Of a stretch of 64,000 nucleotides of DNA, positions 31,001 to 43,351 are shown piece after piece (positions within the stretch are counted from its first letter, which is position 1; the number at the start of each line of letters is the position of its first letter). Position numbers and translations under genes: made by a program. The stretch is from Fidelibacterota bacterium (GTDB taxonomy: Bacteria > Fidelibacterota > Marinisomatia > Marinisomatales > TCS55): positions 64,001 through 128,000 of the forward strand of contig JBHHTW010000001.1 in assembly GCA_046861385.1 (NCBI GenBank), read 5' to 3'. Under the pieces are notes generated by a model that was not told the origin of the DNA, searched no databases, and saw only the letters and a program-made list of their open reading frames with translations.

Positions 31001-32274
31001 ATTATAATGTTCCATATGGCGCTGATGTGCTTGTGGAAGATGGCGAAAAAATTAAATCTGGTTCAGTCTTATTCCAATGGGATCCTTACACGGATATTAT
31101 CCTTGCGCGACAAACTGGTAGAATTCAATTAAAAGATTTTATTGAAGGAGAAACCTACAAAGTAGAAGCTGTTGAGGGCGGTAAGAAGCAAATGGTTATT
31201 GTGGAAGCAAAGAACAGACAGTTGAGTCCACATGTAGATATTATAGATAAAGATGATAAAATACTCTCTGGAGGAACCATCCTCCCGGTAAAAGCAACAT
31301 TAGTTGTTCGAAACGGGCAAAAAGTGAAGCACGGTCAAACGTTGGTTAAAATTCCCAAAGATATTGGAAAAACTCGTGATATTACCGGTGGATTACCTCG
31401 TGTGGCAGAATTGTTTGAAGCAAGAAAACCTGGTAATCCAGCTGTTGTGAGTGAGGTAGATGGTGTAGTACAGTTTGGCGAAATTAAAAGAGGTATTAGA
31501 AAAATTCTCGTCACTAGTGTAGATGAAGAAGTAAGAAAGTACTCAATACCTTACGGTAAACACATCATTGTTCATGAAGGTGATTTTATCATCGCTGGTA
31601 CTCCTCTGTGTGAAGGATCTATTTCTCCAACCGATATTTTAAATATTTTAGGTCCAGGAAAAGTCCGTGAATATTTGGTAAACGAGATACAGGAAGTGTA
31701 TCGTCTTCAAGGTGTAAAAATTAATGATAAACACATTGAGACAATCGTTCGTCAAATGATGCAGAAAATAAATATCGAAGACCCCGGTGATAGTAAGTTC
31801 ATGCAGGGCGATCGAGTAAATAAAGTTGACTTTTTTGAAGCAAGCCGCCAGTTAATGGAAATGACTGTTATCAAAACCGTGGGAGATTCTGATCTTGAAG
31901 AAGGTTCGCTAATTGATAAGGCTGATTTAAGAGAAATTAATAAAGCGCTTAAAGATAGCGGAAAAGTTCCTGCGACAACGCGTAAACCGAAGCCAGCAAC
32001 TTTTAAACCGCTGTTAATGGGAATTACTCAAGCGTCGTTGAATACTGAAAGTTTTATATCCGCAGCATCATTCCAAGAGACAACACGAATTTTAACTGAC
32101 GCAGCTGTAGAATGTAAAACGGATTACTTAAGAGGATTGAAAGAGAATATCGCAGTGGGTCGTTTAATACCTGCTGGAACCGGAACCCCAGGACTTGATA
32201 GAATTCTTGTGGAAGACCCTGATTCATTAGTCACTGGCGAGTCTGGGGACGATGTTAGGAATCAATTAATATAA
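28021..32274 (+). CDS. rpoC: RNA polymerase beta' subunit
   Basis: Zn-binding Cys, [19 protein letters not shown] start. Confidence 0.99.
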   Translation: MTFIQSTKIDTSKKYNSITISLSSPEMILTRSYGEVLKPETINYRSYKPEKDGLFCEKIFGPVKDYECHCGKYKGIRYRGIICDRCGVEVTRKRVRRDRMGHITLAVPVVHIWYLRSIPSKLSYLLGLSTKNLERVIYYEVYCIINPGASGREVNELIDEDEYYELDTKYGFYAVTEEDRDNDDYFHAAMGGEAMRDMLANINMIELKNNLIEIINTSRSKQKRQDALKRLKVVKAFLPTVNKKKLNNPDWMVISVLPVMPPELRPLVPLDGGRFAASDSNDLYRRIIIRNNRLKQLMEIKAPEVILRNEKRMLQESVDALFDNSRRKTAIRSGTRRPLKSISDMLRGKTGRFRQNLLGKRVDYSGRSVIVVGPDLMLHECGLPKKMALELFKPHMINELMKRGFAQTPRGAKLMIENSDAVVLKVLEYVVQGHPVLLNRAPTLHRLGIQAFQPVLVDGKAIKIHPLVCAAFNADFDGDQMAVHIPLSLQAQMEARVLMLSSHNILHPANGKPIAIPSQDMVLGCHYLTRPREGMKGEGKSFGSFQELLMAYENRVVDLNAIINIRHKGRWHKKTTVGRVMFNSIMPEELEYFDGIISKVTLQKIVNDSYLLAGNYKTVQFLDKLKNLGFEIATKSGSSISISDILIPEKKHSIINSASKEITSIQNKYDRHVLTEGERYNKVIDVWTHATNKVAATMMDELKEDSQGFNPVFMMADSGARGSQDQIKQLAGMRGLMAKPQKSMTGSKGEIIESPITSNFKEGLSVLEYFISTHGARKGLADTALKTADAGYLTRRLVDVAQDVVIYEVDCGTINGITISDLKEGEEIIEPLADRVLGRTIVDDLILEGKTKIKNGQLITEKEAELLDKYNIESIRIRSVLTCESSRGVCGKCYGWNLSTHNPVNIGTAVGIQAAQSIGEPGTQLTLRTFHIGGTATRIIEQSEMTTKYAGVIKYSKGMEVAKLVDEEGITKVRCMVRHAKIIVIDKDGKELNYYNVPYGADVLVEDGEKIKSGSVLFQWDPYTDIILARQTGRIQLKDFIEGETYKVEAVEGGKKQMVIVEAKNRQLSPHVDIIDKDDKILSGGTILPVKATLVVRNGQKVKHGQTLVKIPKDIGKTRDITGGLPRVAELFEARKPGNPAVVSEVDGVVQFGEIKRGIRKILVTSVDEEVRKYSIPYGKHIIVHEGDFIIAGTPLCEGSISPTDILNILGPGKVREYLVNEIQEVYRLQGVKINDKHIETIVRQMMQKINIEDPGDSKFMQGDRVNKVDFFEASRQLMEMTVIKTVGDSDLEEGSLIDKADLREINKALKDSGKVPATTRKPKPATFKPLLMGITQASLNTESFISAASFQETTRILTDAAVECKTDYLRGLKENIAVGRLIPAGTGTPGLDRILVEDPDSLVTGESGDDVRNQLI

Positions 32275-32298
32275 ATGAAATATTTCATGTAAAAACAA

Positions 32299-32328
32299 TT
32301 GACTGAAAAACTAAATAAATAGTAATTT
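32299..32328 (+). promoter_or_regulatory. Possible sigma70-type promoter for str operon
   Basis: TTGACT-18 nt-TAATTT upstream of rpsL. Confidence 0.35.
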
Positions 32329-32350
32329 TATTGGCTTTTTAGGAACTGAT

Positions 32351-32722
32351 ATGCCGACGATAAACCAATTAATAAGAAAAGGGCGCAAGGCTGTAACAAA
32401 AAAAACATCTACACCTGCTCTGACTGGAAATCCTCACAAAAGAGGAGTGTGCACACGTGTGTATACAACAACACCGAAAAAGCCTAATTCGGCTCTTCGA
32501 AAAGTTGCTCGTGTACGATTAACAAATGGCCGAGAGGTAAATGCATACATTCCCGGTGAAGGACACAATCTTCAAGAGCATTCAATTGTATTAATTGAAG
32601 GCGGACGAGTGAAAGATTTGCCAGGAGTTAGATATCATATTGTTAGGGGAACATTGGATACAGCAGGAGTTTCAGACCGCCGGACAAGTCGTTCGCGTTA
32701 CGGTGCGAAGAAACCTAAATAG
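32351..32722 (+). CDS. rpsL: 30S ribosomal protein S12
   Basis: [18 protein letters not shown]. Confidence 0.99.
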   Translation: MPTINQLIRKGRKAVTKKTSTPALTGNPHKRGVCTRVYTTTPKKPNSALRKVARVRLTNGREVNAYIPGEGHNLQEHSIVLIEGGRVKDLPGVRYHIVRGTLDTAGVSDRRTSRSRYGAKKPK

Positions 32723-32728
32723 GAAATC

Positions 32729-33193
32729 ATGAGACGCAGAAGACCAGAAAGAAGACAGATTTTACCTGATCCGGTTTATAATAACCTTTCAGTTGCAAAA
32801 TTTATCAACTACTTAATTATGGGTGGAAAGAAAGGCATGGCGGAGAAGATTTTCTATTCTGCTATGGAATCTATTAAAAGCAAAACCAAAACAGATGGTT
32901 TTAAAATTTTTGAGAAGGCAATCGAAAAAACGCAACCCCTTGTTGAAGTAAAATCCAGAAGAATTGGAGGGGCAACGTATCAAGTGCCTATTGAAGTTCC
33001 TATAAGGCGTCGTTTCTACCTGGCGTCTCAGTGGATAATTAATTCAGCAAGACGTAGAAAAGGTAAACCAATGGCTGATTGTTTAGCCTCAGAATTAATT
33101 GCAGCCGCAAATGAAGAGGGTGGTGCTATTAAGAAAAAAGACGATACACACCGAATGGCTGAAGCAAACAAAGCATTTGCCCATTTTCGTTAA
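32729..33193 (+). CDS. rpsG: 30S ribosomal protein S7
   Basis: RRIGGATYQVP, HRMAEANKAFAH. Confidence 0.98.
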   Translation: MRRRRPERRQILPDPVYNNLSVAKFINYLIMGGKKGMAEKIFYSAMESIKSKTKTDGFKIFEKAIEKTQPLVEVKSRRIGGATYQVPIEVPIRRRFYLASQWIINSARRRKGKPMADCLASELIAAANEEGGAIKKKDDTHRMAEANKAFAHFR

Positions 33194-33203
33194 GATATAG
33201 TTT

Positions 33204-35294
33204 ATGAAACACATTCCGCTAAATAGAGTCCGTAATATTGGTATCATGGCGCATATTGATGCTGGTAAAACCACTTTGACTGAGCGAGTTCTTTATTACA
33301 CCGGCAGAACTCATAAAATAGGGGAAGTTCACGAAGGTGGTGCAACCATGGATTGGATGGAGCAGGAGAAAGAGCGTGGTATCACCATTACTTCTGCCGC
33401 GACGACAGCAATATGGCAAGATCATAGAATTAATATTATAGACACTCCCGGACATGTGGATTTCACAGTCGAAGTTGAGCGCTCTTTGCGGGTTCTTGAT
33501 GGCGCATGTGCAGTTTTTTGTGCTGTGGGTGGTGTCGAACCTCAAAGTGAGACTGTTTGGCGTCAGGCTGATAAATACAAAGTCCCGCGCATTGCATTTG
33601 TCAATAAAATGGATCGTACAGGTAGCGATTTCTATAACGTTCTTGAGATGATAAAAAATCGTCTTGGTGCAAATCCTCTACCGATTGTTATACCGATCGG
33701 CGCAGGTGATTTATTCACCGGTATTGTTGATTTATTGTCAATGAAAGCAATTTTATATAATGAATTTTCATTAGGAGCCCGTTTTGAATACGGCGATATT
33801 CCTAATGATATGGTTGAAGAAGCAGAAAAATGGCGTCACCATCTAATTGAGGAGACGGCAACATATGATGAAGGCTTAATGGAAAAATATCTTGAAGAAG
33901 AACCAATTTCTATTGATGAACTCAAAGCTGCGATTCGAAAGGGATGTCTTGATAATACCTTTATTCCTACCCTTTGTGGCTCTGCTTTCAAAAATAAAGG
34001 AGTGCAAAGATTATTAGATGCGGTTATTGATTTTATGCCATCACCAAAAGACATTGGTGAGATTCACGGTTTAGATCCAAACGATTCTGATAAGAAACTA
34101 ATTCGCCATTCTAGTGTTGATGAACCGTTTAGCGCATTAGCTTTCAAGATTATGACTGATCCTTATGTAGGAAAATTGACCTACATGCGTGTTTATTCCG
34201 GTAAGTTGGATAAAGGATCATATATTTATAATGCCAATACTGGAAAACGTGAACGTGTTAGCCGACTTTTGTTAATGCATGCCAATAAGCGTGAAGAGCT
34301 TGAAGTGGTAAACGCTGGAGAAATTGTTGCTGCAGTTGGACTAAAAAAGACCTTTACGGGAAATACCTTATGTAATGAGGATAATCCCATATTGTTAGAG
34401 TCAATGGACTTCCCCGAACCTGTTGTCGAAGTGTCCGTTGAACCGGCTTCAAAAGCAGATCAAGATAATTTATCAAAGGCATTAGTTAAACTTGGTGAAG
34501 AAGACCCAACATTTAAAGTATCTATTAATCAGGACACCGGTCAGACGATTATTGCTGGAATGGGTGAGCTGCATTTAGAAATTTTAATTGACAGACTATT
34601 AAGAGAATTTAGCGTACAGGCTAAAATTGGTAAACCGCAAGTTGCTTATGCTGAGGCGATTACAAAACGTGTTGAAAATATTGATGTAAAATTTGTTAGA
34701 CAGTCCGGTGGTCGTGGCCAATACGGGCATGTCGTTATTAATGCAGAACCAAATGAAACTGGTAAAGGCTTTCATTTCGAAAATAAAATTGTTGGTGGTG
34801 TTATTCCCAGAGAATACATCCCATCAGTGAGTAGGGGAATTGAAGAAGCAATTAAAAATGGTATAATTGCAGGATATCCTCTTGAAGACGTGAGGGTGGA
34901 GTTGATTTATGGTTCATATCACGATGTTGATTCTTCAGAAATGGCTTTTAAAATTGCCGGTTCTATGGCAATTCAGGAAGCTTGTCGCAAAGCGAAGCCG
35001 GTTTTAATGGAACCGATTATGCAGGTTGAAGTAATTGTGCCGGATGAATATCTGGGCGATGTGATGGGGGACATCAATTCTCGGAGAGGAAATGTCCAGG
35101 GAATGGCTCAAAGAAATGATGCTCAGGTAGTGAATGCATTAGTTCCATTGAGTAGTATGTTTGGGTATGTAACAGATTTAAGATCCCTGACCCAGGGAAG
35201 AGCTGTTTTTCACATGGAATTTGCTGAATACAAGAAAGTTCCAGCAAGCGTGGAATCAGAAATTTTAGAAAAAGTACATGGAAAAGCTTCTTAA
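33204..35294 (+). CDS. fusA: Elongation factor G
   Basis: [29 protein letters not shown]. Confidence 0.99.
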   Translation: MKHIPLNRVRNIGIMAHIDAGKTTLTERVLYYTGRTHKIGEVHEGGATMDWMEQEKERGITITSAATTAIWQDHRINIIDTPGHVDFTVEVERSLRVLDGACAVFCAVGGVEPQSETVWRQADKYKVPRIAFVNKMDRTGSDFYNVLEMIKNRLGANPLPIVIPIGAGDLFTGIVDLLSMKAILYNEFSLGARFEYGDIPNDMVEEAEKWRHHLIEETATYDEGLMEKYLEEEPISIDELKAAIRKGCLDNTFIPTLCGSAFKNKGVQRLLDAVIDFMPSPKDIGEIHGLDPNDSDKKLIRHSSVDEPFSALAFKIMTDPYVGKLTYMRVYSGKLDKGSYIYNANTGKRERVSRLLLMHANKREELEVVNAGEIVAAVGLKKTFTGNTLCNEDNPILLESMDFPEPVVEVSVEPASKADQDNLSKALVKLGEEDPTFKVSINQDTGQTIIAGMGELHLEILIDRLLREFSVQAKIGKPQVAYAEAITKRVENIDVKFVRQSGGRGQYGHVVINAEPNETGKGFHFENKIVGGVIPREYIPSVSRGIEEAIKNGIIAGYPLEDVRVELIYGSYHDVDSSEMAFKIAGSMAIQEACRKAKPVLMEPIMQVEVIVPDEYLGDVMGDINSRRGNVQGMAQRNDAQVVNALVPLSSMFGYVTDLRSLTQGRAVFHMEFAEYKKVPASVESEILEKVHGKAS

Positions 35295-35317
35295 GTATTA
35301 AATAACGGAGTAAAGAG

Positions 35318-36508
35318 ATGTCTAAGGCAAAATTCGAGCGAACAAAACCACATGTAAATATAGGAACGATCGGTCACGTCGATCATGGCAAGACGACGTT
35401 GACGGCTGCGATCACTCTGGTACAGTCGGCCAGGGGAATGGCAGAGACACGTTCATTTGATAGTATAGATAACGCTCCGGAAGAGCGTGAGCGAGGGATC
35501 ACCATTCAGACAGCTCATGTGGAGTATGAGACGGAAAAGCGTCATTATGCACATGTAGACTGTCCGGGTCACGCGGATTACATTAAGAATATGATCACCG
35601 GAGCCGCGCAGATGGATGGGGCGATATTGGTTGTGAGCGCAGCGGATGGTCCGATGCCTCAGACGCGAGAGCATGTATTATTGGCTCGTCAGGTAAATGT
35701 GCCCAGTTTGGTAATATTTATGAATAAGACAGATCAGGTAGATGATCCTGAGTTATTAGAGTTAGTGGAGATGGAATTGAGGGATTTATTGAATGAGTAT
35801 GAGTTTCCCGGTGATGATACGCCGATAATAATGGGAAGCGCACTGAACGCATTGAGTAATCCAGGAGATGAAGAAGCGAATAAATGTGTTGTTGAGTTGA
35901 TGGAAGCCTGTGATAGTTTTATACCGGATCCTACCCGAGACGTAGACAGGCCCTTTTTAATGCCGGTGGAGGATGTATTTTCCATCACAGGTCGGGGTAC
36001 GGTAGGGACTGGACGAATTGAGCGAGGGATCGTAAAGGTAGGAGATGTAGTGGAAATGATAGGAATGGGTGAGCATAAGAAGACCACAGTGACGGGAGTA
36101 GAGATGTTCAGGAAGTTGTTAGATGAAGGTCAGGCGGGAGATAATGCAGGTTTATTGCTTCGAGGAGTTGATAAGGAAGAGTTGAAGCGCGGGATGGTAT
36201 TGGCAGCTCCGGGTTCCATTACACCTCATACAAAGTTTAAGGCGAATGTATATGTATTGAAGAAGGAAGAAGGTGGTCGTCACACGCCATTTTTCAATGG
36301 ATATCGTCCGCAGTTTTATTTTAGGACCACGGATGTAACGGGAGTGGTGACGCTGCCGGCAGGAACAGAGATGGTTATGCCGGGAGACAATATTGTGATG
36401 GATGTGGAGATGATTACTTCGATAGCGATGGATAAGGAGCTGCGTTTTGCAATTCGCGAAGGCGGCCGGACTGTAGGTGCTGGAGTTGTAACGGAGATTG
36501 TTGAGTAA
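35318..36508 (+). CDS. tuf: Elongation factor Tu (copy 2)
   Basis: Protein identical to 19902-21092. Confidence 0.99.
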   Translation: MSKAKFERTKPHVNIGTIGHVDHGKTTLTAAITLVQSARGMAETRSFDSIDNAPEERERGITIQTAHVEYETEKRHYAHVDCPGHADYIKNMITGAAQMDGAILVVSAADGPMPQTREHVLLARQVNVPSLVIFMNKTDQVDDPELLELVEMELRDLLNEYEFPGDDTPIIMGSALNALSNPGDEEANKCVVELMEACDSFIPDPTRDVDRPFLMPVEDVFSITGRGTVGTGRIERGIVKVGDVVEMIGMGEHKKTTVTGVEMFRKLLDEGQAGDNAGLLLRGVDKEELKRGMVLAAPGSITPHTKFKANVYVLKKEEGGRHTPFFNGYRPQFYFRTTDVTGVVTLPAGTEMVMPGDNIVMDVEMITSIAMDKELRFAIREGGRTVGAGVVTEIVE

Positions 36509-36520
36509 AAAGGATAGAAT

Positions 36521-36829
36521 GTGGCAAATCAAACAATAAGAATTAGTCTTAAAGCTTACGACCATCATCTGTTGGACAAGTCAACTGTAAAAATCGTGAA
36601 AACTGCAAAATCCACCGGAGCCATTATTTCCGGTCCTATTCCTATGCCGACAAAACGCACCATATACACCGTGTTGAGATCTCCTTTTGTTGATAAGAAA
36701 TCAAGAGAGCAATTTCAGACCAAAATACATAAGCGGGTAGTTGACATATTAAATTCAACACCTAAAACAGTTGAAGCATTAATGAAACTGGACCTGCCTG
36801 CAGGTGTTGATATTGAGATTAAGGTCTGA
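36521..36829 (+). CDS. rpsJ: 30S ribosomal protein S10
   Basis: [25 protein letters not shown] start. Confidence 0.98.
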   Translation: MANQTIRISLKAYDHHLLDKSTVKIVKTAKSTGAIISGPIPMPTKRTIYTVLRSPFVDKKSREQFQTKIHKRVVDILNSTPKTVEALMKLDLPAGVDIEIKV

Positions 36830-36831
36830 TT

Positions 36832-37449
36832 ATGCGCGGTTTAATTGGAAAAAAAGTTGGAATGACGCAACTATTTGGCGATGAGGGAACAGTATATCCG
36901 GTAACTATTGTAGAAGTTGGTCCGTGTGTTGTTACGCAGATTAAGACTGACGTAAAAGATGGATATTCTGCTGTACAACTCGGTTTTGGTGAACGAAAAG
37001 AAAAGCATACCAATAAACCTATGAAAGGTTTGTATGCAAAATCAAATATTTCCCCTAAAAAAGTATTATCTGAATTTGAGCCAATTTCTGGATATGAATA
37101 CAAAGTAGGTCAGGAATTTGGTGCATCAATATTTAATGAGGGAGAATTGGTCAATGTTACTGGAACGTCCAAAGGTAAAGGATTTACAGGCGTAATTAAA
37201 CGGCATGGTTTTAGCCGCGGTCCTGTAACCCATGGTCAAAGAGAATATTTACGTTCACCAGGTTCAATCGGACAGGCCTCAGACCCTTCGAGGGTTTTCA
37301 AAGGAATGAAAATGGCTGGTCATAGCGGGGTGCAAAAAGTCACCATAAAAAACCTAGAAATAGTGAAAGTTGATAGCAGTAATAATCAGCTTTTTATCAA
37401 AGGTGCGGTGCCTGGTGTTAACAACAGTTATGTACTGATTAAGAAATAA
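36832..37449 (+). CDS. rplC: 50S ribosomal protein L3
   Basis: GKKVGMTQ, SKGKGF.GVIKR. Confidence 0.98.
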   Translation: MRGLIGKKVGMTQLFGDEGTVYPVTIVEVGPCVVTQIKTDVKDGYSAVQLGFGERKEKHTNKPMKGLYAKSNISPKKVLSEFEPISGYEYKVGQEFGASIFNEGELVNVTGTSKGKGFTGVIKRHGFSRGPVTHGQREYLRSPGSIGQASDPSRVFKGMKMAGHSGVQKVTIKNLEIVKVDSSNNQLFIKGAVPGVNNSYVLIKK

Positions 37450-37451
37450 TT

Positions 37452-38081
37452 ATGGAATTGCAAGTATATAAAAAAGACGGTAGCAAAGCTTCAAAAATGA
37501 AGCTAAATGATTCAGTATTCGGAGTGAATCCAAATGAAGACGTTGTCTATCGCGCCGTTCAATCAGAGCTAACCAATAGCCGTCAGGGGACCCACTCTGC
37601 GAAAAGCCGAGGAATGGTTAGAGGTGGAGGTAAAAAACCCTTTAAACAAAAAGGTCGCGGCGTAGCTCGCGCAGGGACAACGCGTTCACCCTTATGGCGT
37701 GGAGGTGGCACTGTATTTGGTCCGCTTCCGCATGATTATTCCTTTAAAATGCCAAAGAAAATGAAGCAATTAGCCCGCCGATCTATTTTGTCCTATAAAG
37801 CCAATAATGACGGTCTCATTATTTTAGATGAAATAAGGGTTTCTCGTCCAAAAACAAATGAATTTATTAAAATATTAAATGAATTAAATATTGGTCATAA
37901 AAAGATAACCGTATTATTGGGAGACCTTAAGACTGATGTTTTACTCGCCGGTAGAAATATACGCAATATTGCAATTTTAGAAGCCAAAGATGCCAGTGCA
38001 TATGATTTAATAGATTGCGACGTGATATTAACTGATAAATCAGGCGTGGATGTATTAACCAATCAATTAATGGTGCAATAA
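37452..38081 (+). CDS. rplD: 50S ribosomal protein L4
   Basis: RQGTH, KP.KQKG.G.AR.G, RGGG.VFGP. Confidence 0.98.
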   Translation: MELQVYKKDGSKASKMKLNDSVFGVNPNEDVVYRAVQSELTNSRQGTHSAKSRGMVRGGGKKPFKQKGRGVARAGTTRSPLWRGGGTVFGPLPHDYSFKMPKKMKQLARRSILSYKANNDGLIILDEIRVSRPKTNEFIKILNELNIGHKKITVLLGDLKTDVLLAGRNIRNIAILEAKDASAYDLIDCDVILTDKSGVDVLTNQLMVQ

Positions 38082-38395
38082 TGTCTACGAGAGAAATAAT
38101 TATTAAACCGATTTTTACCGAAAAAATGAGTCAATTGGAAGAATCCGAACGTAAATACGCATTTCAGGTAGAAAGTTTGGCGAACAAAATTGAAATAAAA
38201 GCCGCTATTGAAAAACGTTTTGATGTAGAGGTTGACAAAGTTGCAACCATGAATCGTTTAGGAAAAACCAAGCAGATGACTATGCGCAGCGGTGGAAGAA
38301 CTATCAGAACAAATGGACGTCGATCCGGATGGAAAAAAGCAGTCGTTACCTTAAAGGTAGGCTTTAATATTGACCTTGTAGGAGGAGAAGTCTGA
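38081..38395 (+). CDS. rplW: 50S ribosomal protein L23
   Basis: [21 protein letters not shown]. Confidence 0.97.
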   Translation: MSTREIIIKPIFTEKMSQLEESERKYAFQVESLANKIEIKAAIEKRFDVEVDKVATMNRLGKTKQMTMRSGGRTIRTNGRRSGWKKAVVTLKVGFNIDLVGGEV

Positions 38396-38397
38396 TT

Positions 38398-39222
38398 ATG
38401 GGTGTACGTACTATAAAGCCAACAACTCCTGGTAATCGTTTTTCAACTCGTCCTGATTTTTCCGAAATTACCAAAGATACCCCTGAAAAAAGTTTAACGG
38501 TCGCCAAGAGAAAAACAGGCGGACGAAATAATAATGGAAGAATTACTTCTCGACATAGAGGAGGCGGTCATAAACAGCGCTATCGTATAATTGATTTTAA
38601 GCGTGATAAATTCGATGTTCCCGCCAAAATAGCTGCCATTGAATATGATCCGAATCGGTCGGCGAATATCGCTCTTTTGCACTATGCAGATGGTGAAAAA
38701 CGGTATATACTTGCCCCATTTGGGATTAAAGTTGGCGATACCATAACATCCGGAGAAGATGCTCCGTTAAGAGTTGGGAATGCCCTGCCACTAAAAAATA
38801 TTCCAACCGGTATGGTAGTTCATAATTTAGAACTAACGCCTGGAAAAGGCGGTCAAATGGTTCGCAGCGCAGGTTCTTCTGCTCAGGTTATGGCGAGAGA
38901 TGGAGGTTTTACAACCATTAAGTTGCCCTCAAATGAACTTCGTTTAATTCGAAATGAATGCTATGCCACCCTTGGTGAGGTCGGGAATAAAACGCACGAA
39001 CAAGTTATATCCGGAAAAGCAGGACGTACCCGGTGGCTTGGAATTAGACCTACCGTCCGGGGTGTAGCAATGAATCCGGTTGATCACCCGATGGGTGGTG
39101 GTGAAGGAAAATCTTCCGGTGGGCGTCATCCAACAACACCATGGGGTAAACCAACAAAAGGTTACAAGACACGAAAGAGAAACAAGAAATCGAATGATTA
39201 TATTGTGAAGAGGAGAAAATAG
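38398..39222 (+). CDS. rplB: 50S ribosomal protein L2
   Basis: [19 protein letters not shown]. Confidence 0.99.
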   Translation: MGVRTIKPTTPGNRFSTRPDFSEITKDTPEKSLTVAKRKTGGRNNNGRITSRHRGGGHKQRYRIIDFKRDKFDVPAKIAAIEYDPNRSANIALLHYADGEKRYILAPFGIKVGDTITSGEDAPLRVGNALPLKNIPTGMVVHNLELTPGKGGQMVRSAGSSAQVMARDGGFTTIKLPSNELRLIRNECYATLGEVGNKTHEQVISGKAGRTRWLGIRPTVRGVAMNPVDHPMGGGEGKSSGGRHPTTPWGKPTKGYKTRKRNKKSNDYIVKRRK

Positions 39223-39223
39223 G

Positions 39224-39490
39224 ATGGCAAGATCTTTAAAAAAAGGACCGTTTGTAGATGAAAAACTGCTCAAGAAAATCTTCGCCATGAATGATAGTGG
39301 AAAAAAAAGGGTAATAAAAACGTGGTCCCGTCGTTCTATGATCACTCCCGATTTTGTCGGACATACATTTGCTGTTCATAATGGAAATAAATTTATTCCA
39401 GTATTTATTTCGGAGAATATGGTTGGTCATAAATTAGGCGAATTTGCCCCAACAAGAATATTTAGAATGCATTCAGGAGACAGAAAATAA
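39224..39490 (+). CDS. rpsS: 30S ribosomal protein S19
   Basis: [19 protein letters not shown]. Confidence 0.99.
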   Translation: MARSLKKGPFVDEKLLKKIFAMNDSGKKRVIKTWSRRSMITPDFVGHTFAVHNGNKFIPVFISENMVGHKLGEFAPTRIFRMHSGDRK

Positions 39491-39492
39491 TA

Positions 39493-39834
39493 ATGGAAGC
39501 TCAAGCCAGTAGTCGTTACGTCAGACAATCACCGTACAAAATTCGTATTGTGATGGATGAAGTGCGAGGAAAAAAAGTTGGTGATGCATTGAATTATTTA
39601 CATTTTTCACCCAAAAAAGCTGCAAGTATACTTGAGAAAACCATTCGATCGGCCGTGAGCAACCTTTTGCAAAATACTGAAAATTCTGATGTTGATCCTG
39701 ATGGTTTAATTGTGTCAAAAGCATTTGTAAATGGCGGACCTCATATGAAGCGAATTCGCGCCGCATCCATGGGCAGAGTTTCCAGATTAAATAAACCAAC
39801 CAGTCATGTCACTATAGTGGTAAGTGACAAGTAA
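39493..39834 (+). CDS. rplV: 50S ribosomal protein L22
   Basis: SPYK.R.V.D.VRG, TSHVTIVV. Confidence 0.97.
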   Translation: MEAQASSRYVRQSPYKIRIVMDEVRGKKVGDALNYLHFSPKKAASILEKTIRSAVSNLLQNTENSDVDPDGLIVSKAFVNGGPHMKRIRAASMGRVSRLNKPTSHVTIVVSDK

Positions 39835-39843
39835 GGAGCAATT

Positions 39844-40467
39844 TTGGGTCAAAAGACACATCCAATAGGTTTTCGTTTATCCGTCAATAAAAATTGGCGT
39901 TCAAAATGGTATGCGAATAAATCGTTTTCACAATATCTTGAGGAAGATGTTCGGATTCGGAAATATATCAAATTACGTTTACCTAACGCTGGTATTTCAA
40001 GAGTTGAAATTAGCCGCACTTCTAAAATCGTAACAGTAACTATATTCACCGCTCGTCCGGGAATTGTGATTGGTAAGGGTGGGGAAGAAGTTGGACGGCT
40101 TAAACAAGAAGTTAATCAGCTGACTGAGAAAGATGTACAAATTAATATTTCTGAAGTAAAACGGCCTGAGCTAGATTCGGCTCTTGTAGGTGCAAACATT
40201 GCCCATCAATTAGTAAAAAAGATTTCATACCGACGGGTAGTTAGTAAAGCCATTCAATCGACAATGAGGATGGGAGCACAGGGAATACGTATAAATGTTG
40301 CAGGTCGATTAGGTGGTGCTGAAATTGCCAGAAGTGAAAAATTTCATGAAGGAAGAGTCCCTCTTCACACTCTTCGTGCCGATATCGATTATGCACTGAC
40401 AGAAGCGGAAACTGCCTATGGTATTATCGGAATAAAAGTTTGGATTTGTAGTGGGGAATCAGCTTAA
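39844..40467 (+). CDS. rpsC: 30S ribosomal protein S3
   Basis: GQKTHPIGFRL, GRVPLHTLRADID; TTG start. Confidence 0.98.
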   Translation: MGQKTHPIGFRLSVNKNWRSKWYANKSFSQYLEEDVRIRKYIKLRLPNAGISRVEISRTSKIVTVTIFTARPGIVIGKGGEEVGRLKQEVNQLTEKDVQINISEVKRPELDSALVGANIAHQLVKKISYRRVVSKAIQSTMRMGAQGIRINVAGRLGGAEIARSEKFHEGRVPLHTLRADIDYALTEAETAYGIIGIKVWICSGESA

Positions 40468-40476
40468 GAGTTTATT

Positions 40477-40890
40477 ATGTTAGAGCCGAGAAAAGTAAAA
40501 TATAGACGTCATCACAGAGGAAACCGTCGCGGGATGGCAAAAAGAGGAACCGAAGTGGCCTTTGGCAGCTATGGATTGAAAGCCATGGGTCCCGGTTGGA
40601 TCACTGCCAGGCAGATAGAGGCAGCTCGTATTACCATTTCAAGGGTTGTCCGAAAGACGGGAAAGATGTGGATTCGTATTTTTCCGGATAAACCTATTAC
40701 CAAAAAACCAGCTGAAACTCGCATGGGTAAAGGTAAGGGATCTCCGGAATATTGGGTGTCCGTCGTAAAACCCGGACGCATTTTATTCGAAATTGAAGGC
40801 GTAGATAGAGAGATGGCTGAGTTAGCTTTTACAAATGCATCCCATAAATTACCAATTAAAACAAGAATTGTAGAACGGAAAGAAGGATAA
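40477..40890 (+). CDS. rplP: 50S ribosomal protein L16
   Basis: [16 protein letters not shown]. Confidence 0.98.
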   Translation: MLEPRKVKYRRHHRGNRRGMAKRGTEVAFGSYGLKAMGPGWITARQIEAARITISRVVRKTGKMWIRIFPDKPITKKPAETRMGKGKGSPEYWVSVVKPGRILFEIEGVDREMAELAFTNASHKLPIKTRIVERKEG

Positions 40891-41105
40891 TGAAACGTTC
40901 TGAACTATCAGAAATGAACACTGATGAATTGCAAGTTAAGCTTCATGAAAATTTAGAAGCTTTACAAAATTTGAGGTTTCAAAAATCATTACAGCAGTTA
41001 GAAAATCCTGTTCAGCTTAAATATTTAAGAAGAGAAATCGCGCAGATTAAAACGGTGATGAATGAATATTCCACTGGCATTCGTAAAGAAAAAGGTGCTA
41101 AATAA
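40890..41105 (+). CDS. rpmC: 50S ribosomal protein L29
   Basis: NLRFQ....QLENP......RREIA.IKT. Confidence 0.95.
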   Translation: MKRSELSEMNTDELQVKLHENLEALQNLRFQKSLQQLENPVQLKYLRREIAQIKTVMNEYSTGIRKEKGAK

Positions 41106-41107
41106 TT

Positions 41108-41368
41108 ATGGAACGTAAAAAACAGTTATTGACTGGTGAAGTTGTCAGTGTTAAAATGGAAAAAACGGTCGTTGTAAAAGTCACGAGACGAATTCGACAT
41201 AAAGTTTATAAAAAAATTATCAACGATACGAAAAGATATAAGGCTCATGTTGGCAATGTTATTCCAAAATTGGGAGATATTGTAAGCATTTCTTCTTCAA
41301 GACCTATCAGTAAGCAAGTCCGCTGGCAGGTAAGTGAAATTATTAGAGAATCAGTAAAGATTGGTTAA
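41108..41368 (+). CDS. rpsQ: 30S ribosomal protein S17
   Basis: [18 protein letters not shown]. Confidence 0.96.
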   Translation: MERKKQLLTGEVVSVKMEKTVVVKVTRRIRHKVYKKIINDTKRYKAHVGNVIPKLGDIVSISSSRPISKQVRWQVSEIIRESVKIG

Positions 41369-41373
41369 AAAAG

Positions 41374-41742
41374 GTGATCCAGCAAGAAACACGATTAAAA
41401 GTTGCAGATAATACGGGCGCAAAAGAAGTGTTATGCTTCAAAATTATTGGCGGCTCTAAGAGGCGCTATGCTACCATCGGTGATATTATCGTTATAACTG
41501 TTAAAAAAGCGATTCCCGGCGGAATGGTTAAAAAAGGAGAAGTATCTCGTGCTGTGGTTGTACGGACCAGTAAAGAAGTTCGTCGAAAAGACGGTACTTA
41601 CATTCGTTTTGACGATAATGCTGCCGTATTATTAAATAATGCAGGTGAGCCTAAAGGGACACGAATCTTTGGACCCGTTGCCCGAGAATTGCGTGATGGT
41701 GGTTATATGAAAATTATATCCATGGCTCCGGAGGTCTTGTAA
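41374..41742 (+). CDS. rplN: 50S ribosomal protein L14
   Basis: [25 protein letters not shown] start. Confidence 0.99.
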   Translation: MIQQETRLKVADNTGAKEVLCFKIIGGSKRRYATIGDIIVITVKKAIPGGMVKKGEVSRAVVVRTSKEVRRKDGTYIRFDDNAAVLLNNAGEPKGTRIFGPVARELRDGGYMKIISMAPEVL

Positions 41743-42047
41743 TGCACATTAAGAAAAATATGACTGTTAGAGTAATTTCTGGAAATCACAAAGGTTCTGA
41801 AGGAAAAGTGCTTCACATTGTACCTGAGTCAGATAAGGTGATTATTGAAGGTGTGAACTTAGTGAAGCGTGCCACTCGCCCATCACAGGACAATCCATCT
41901 GGAGGCTTTGTTGAAAAAGAAGCGCCTCTTCACATATCAAATGTGTTGCCTGTTCATAAAGGGAATGTTACTCGGGTTGGATATAAAAAATTAGATAATG
42001 GTCGTAAAGTGCGTATTGCCGTAAAGACTAGAGAAGAGTTAGAATAA
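41742..42047 (+). CDS. rplX: 50S ribosomal protein L24
   Basis: [18 protein letters not shown]. Confidence 0.97.
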   Translation: MHIKKNMTVRVISGNHKGSEGKVLHIVPESDKVIIEGVNLVKRATRPSQDNPSGGFVEKEAPLHISNVLPVHKGNVTRVGYKKLDNGRKVRIAVKTREELE

Positions 42048-42051
42048 TATT

Positions 42052-42750
42052 ATGGCTGTAAAAAAACCAACTAAAGCAACTGTGAAAAAGCAAACATCTG
42101 TGAAATCAGTGCCAAAAAAGCAGACGGTAAAAAAGAGTGCTAAGAAAAAAAGTGCACCGAGTAAAGCCATATACATTCCAAATTTAAAAAAGCTTTACAA
42201 TGAAAAAATTATTCCAGCATTAATCAAACAATTTAGTTACAAAAATAAAATGGAAGTTCCGCGTATTACGATGATATCATTGAATATGGGAATTGGTGAT
42301 GCTAAAAATAATCCAAAAGCATTGGAGCGTGCTGTAGAAGAATTAACAATGGTTACTGGGCAAAAAGCAGTTGTTACACGTTCGAGAAAAGATATCTCAA
42401 ACTTCAAAATACGTTTTGGGTTTCCCGTGGGTTGTAAAGTCAACCTCCGTGGTAATCGTATGTACGAATTTTTAGAAAGGCTCATTTCGATAGCATTACC
42501 CAGGACGAGAGATTTTACAGGATTATCTTTTAAATCTTTTGATCGCAAAGGCAACTATTCTTTCGGTGTCAAAGAACAAATTATTTTTAATGAAATCGAT
42601 TATGATAAAGTGGATTCAATCAGAGGTATGGATATAACCATAACTACCTCTGCGTCTTCGGATAACGAAGCGTATGGGTTATTAAAAGCATTTGGGTTTC
42701 CTTTACGAGATAAACCTGTTAAACAAAAAGAAGTCGCAGAGGCTGCTTAA
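42052..42750 (+). CDS. rplE: 50S ribosomal protein L5 with Lys-rich N-terminal extension
   Basis: [25 protein letters not shown]; 232 aa. Confidence 0.97.
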   Translation: MAVKKPTKATVKKQTSVKSVPKKQTVKKSAKKKSAPSKAIYIPNLKKLYNEKIIPALIKQFSYKNKMEVPRITMISLNMGIGDAKNNPKALERAVEELTMVTGQKAVVTRSRKDISNFKIRFGFPVGCKVNLRGNRMYEFLERLISIALPRTRDFTGLSFKSFDRKGNYSFGVKEQIIFNEIDYDKVDSIRGMDITITTSASSDNEAYGLLKAFGFPLRDKPVKQKEVAEAA

Positions 42751-42935
42751 TGGCAAAAAAATCACTTATTGTTAAATCAAAAAAGAAACAGAAGTTTTCA
42801 ACGCGGGAATACAATCGCTGCTTTAATTGCGGACGGCCCGATGGGTATTTGAGGAAATTTGGTTTGTGTAGAATTTGTTTCCGTGAAATGGCGCTTAAGG
42901 GCGAAATCCCCGGAATAACGAAAGCAAGTTGGTAA
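42750..42935 (+). CDS. rpsN: 30S ribosomal protein S14 (zinc-binding type)
   Basis: CFNC...CRIC, 61 aa. Confidence 0.98.
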   Translation: MAKKSLIVKSKKKQKFSTREYNRCFNCGRPDGYLRKFGLCRICFREMALKGEIPGITKASW

Positions 42936-42948
42936 GGAGAATTAATTA

Positions 42949-43347
42949 ATGAGTATGACGGATCCAATTGCAGATTTGTTAACCCGTATTCGGAACGGTT
43001 TACACGCCCATAAACGTTGGGTTGACATTCCATCATCCAACGAAAAAAAGAGAATTTTGTATATTTTAAAAGAAGAGAAATATATTGAAGATTTTATGTT
43101 GATCGATGATAAGGTGAAAAAACTAATTCGAATATTTCTTAAATACGATTATCATGGTAGCCCAGTGATATCAAGAATCGAAAGAGTAAGTAAACCTGGA
43201 TTACGGGTATATAAAAGTAAAAAAGAATTACCCCGTGTTCTGGATGGGTTAGGTATATCAATTCTGTCAACATCCAAAGGAATTATTTCAAATAAGACTG
43301 CAAAGAAAATTGGTGTTGGCGGAGAAGTTATCTGCAACGTTTGGTAA
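42949..43347 (+). CDS. rpsH: 30S ribosomal protein S8
   Basis: DPIADLLTRIRN, SKPGLRVY. Confidence 0.98.
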   Translation: MSMTDPIADLLTRIRNGLHAHKRWVDIPSSNEKKRILYILKEEKYIEDFMLIDDKVKKLIRIFLKYDYHGSPVISRIERVSKPGLRVYKSKKELPRVLDGLGISILSTSKGIISNKTAKKIGVGGEVICNVW

Positions 43348-43351
43348 AAAG

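Noticed and set aside
38270-38335. Longer L23 loop ([14 protein letters not shown])
   Set aside because: Similar extended loops are, to my knowledge, common in FCB-group L23, so not distinctive
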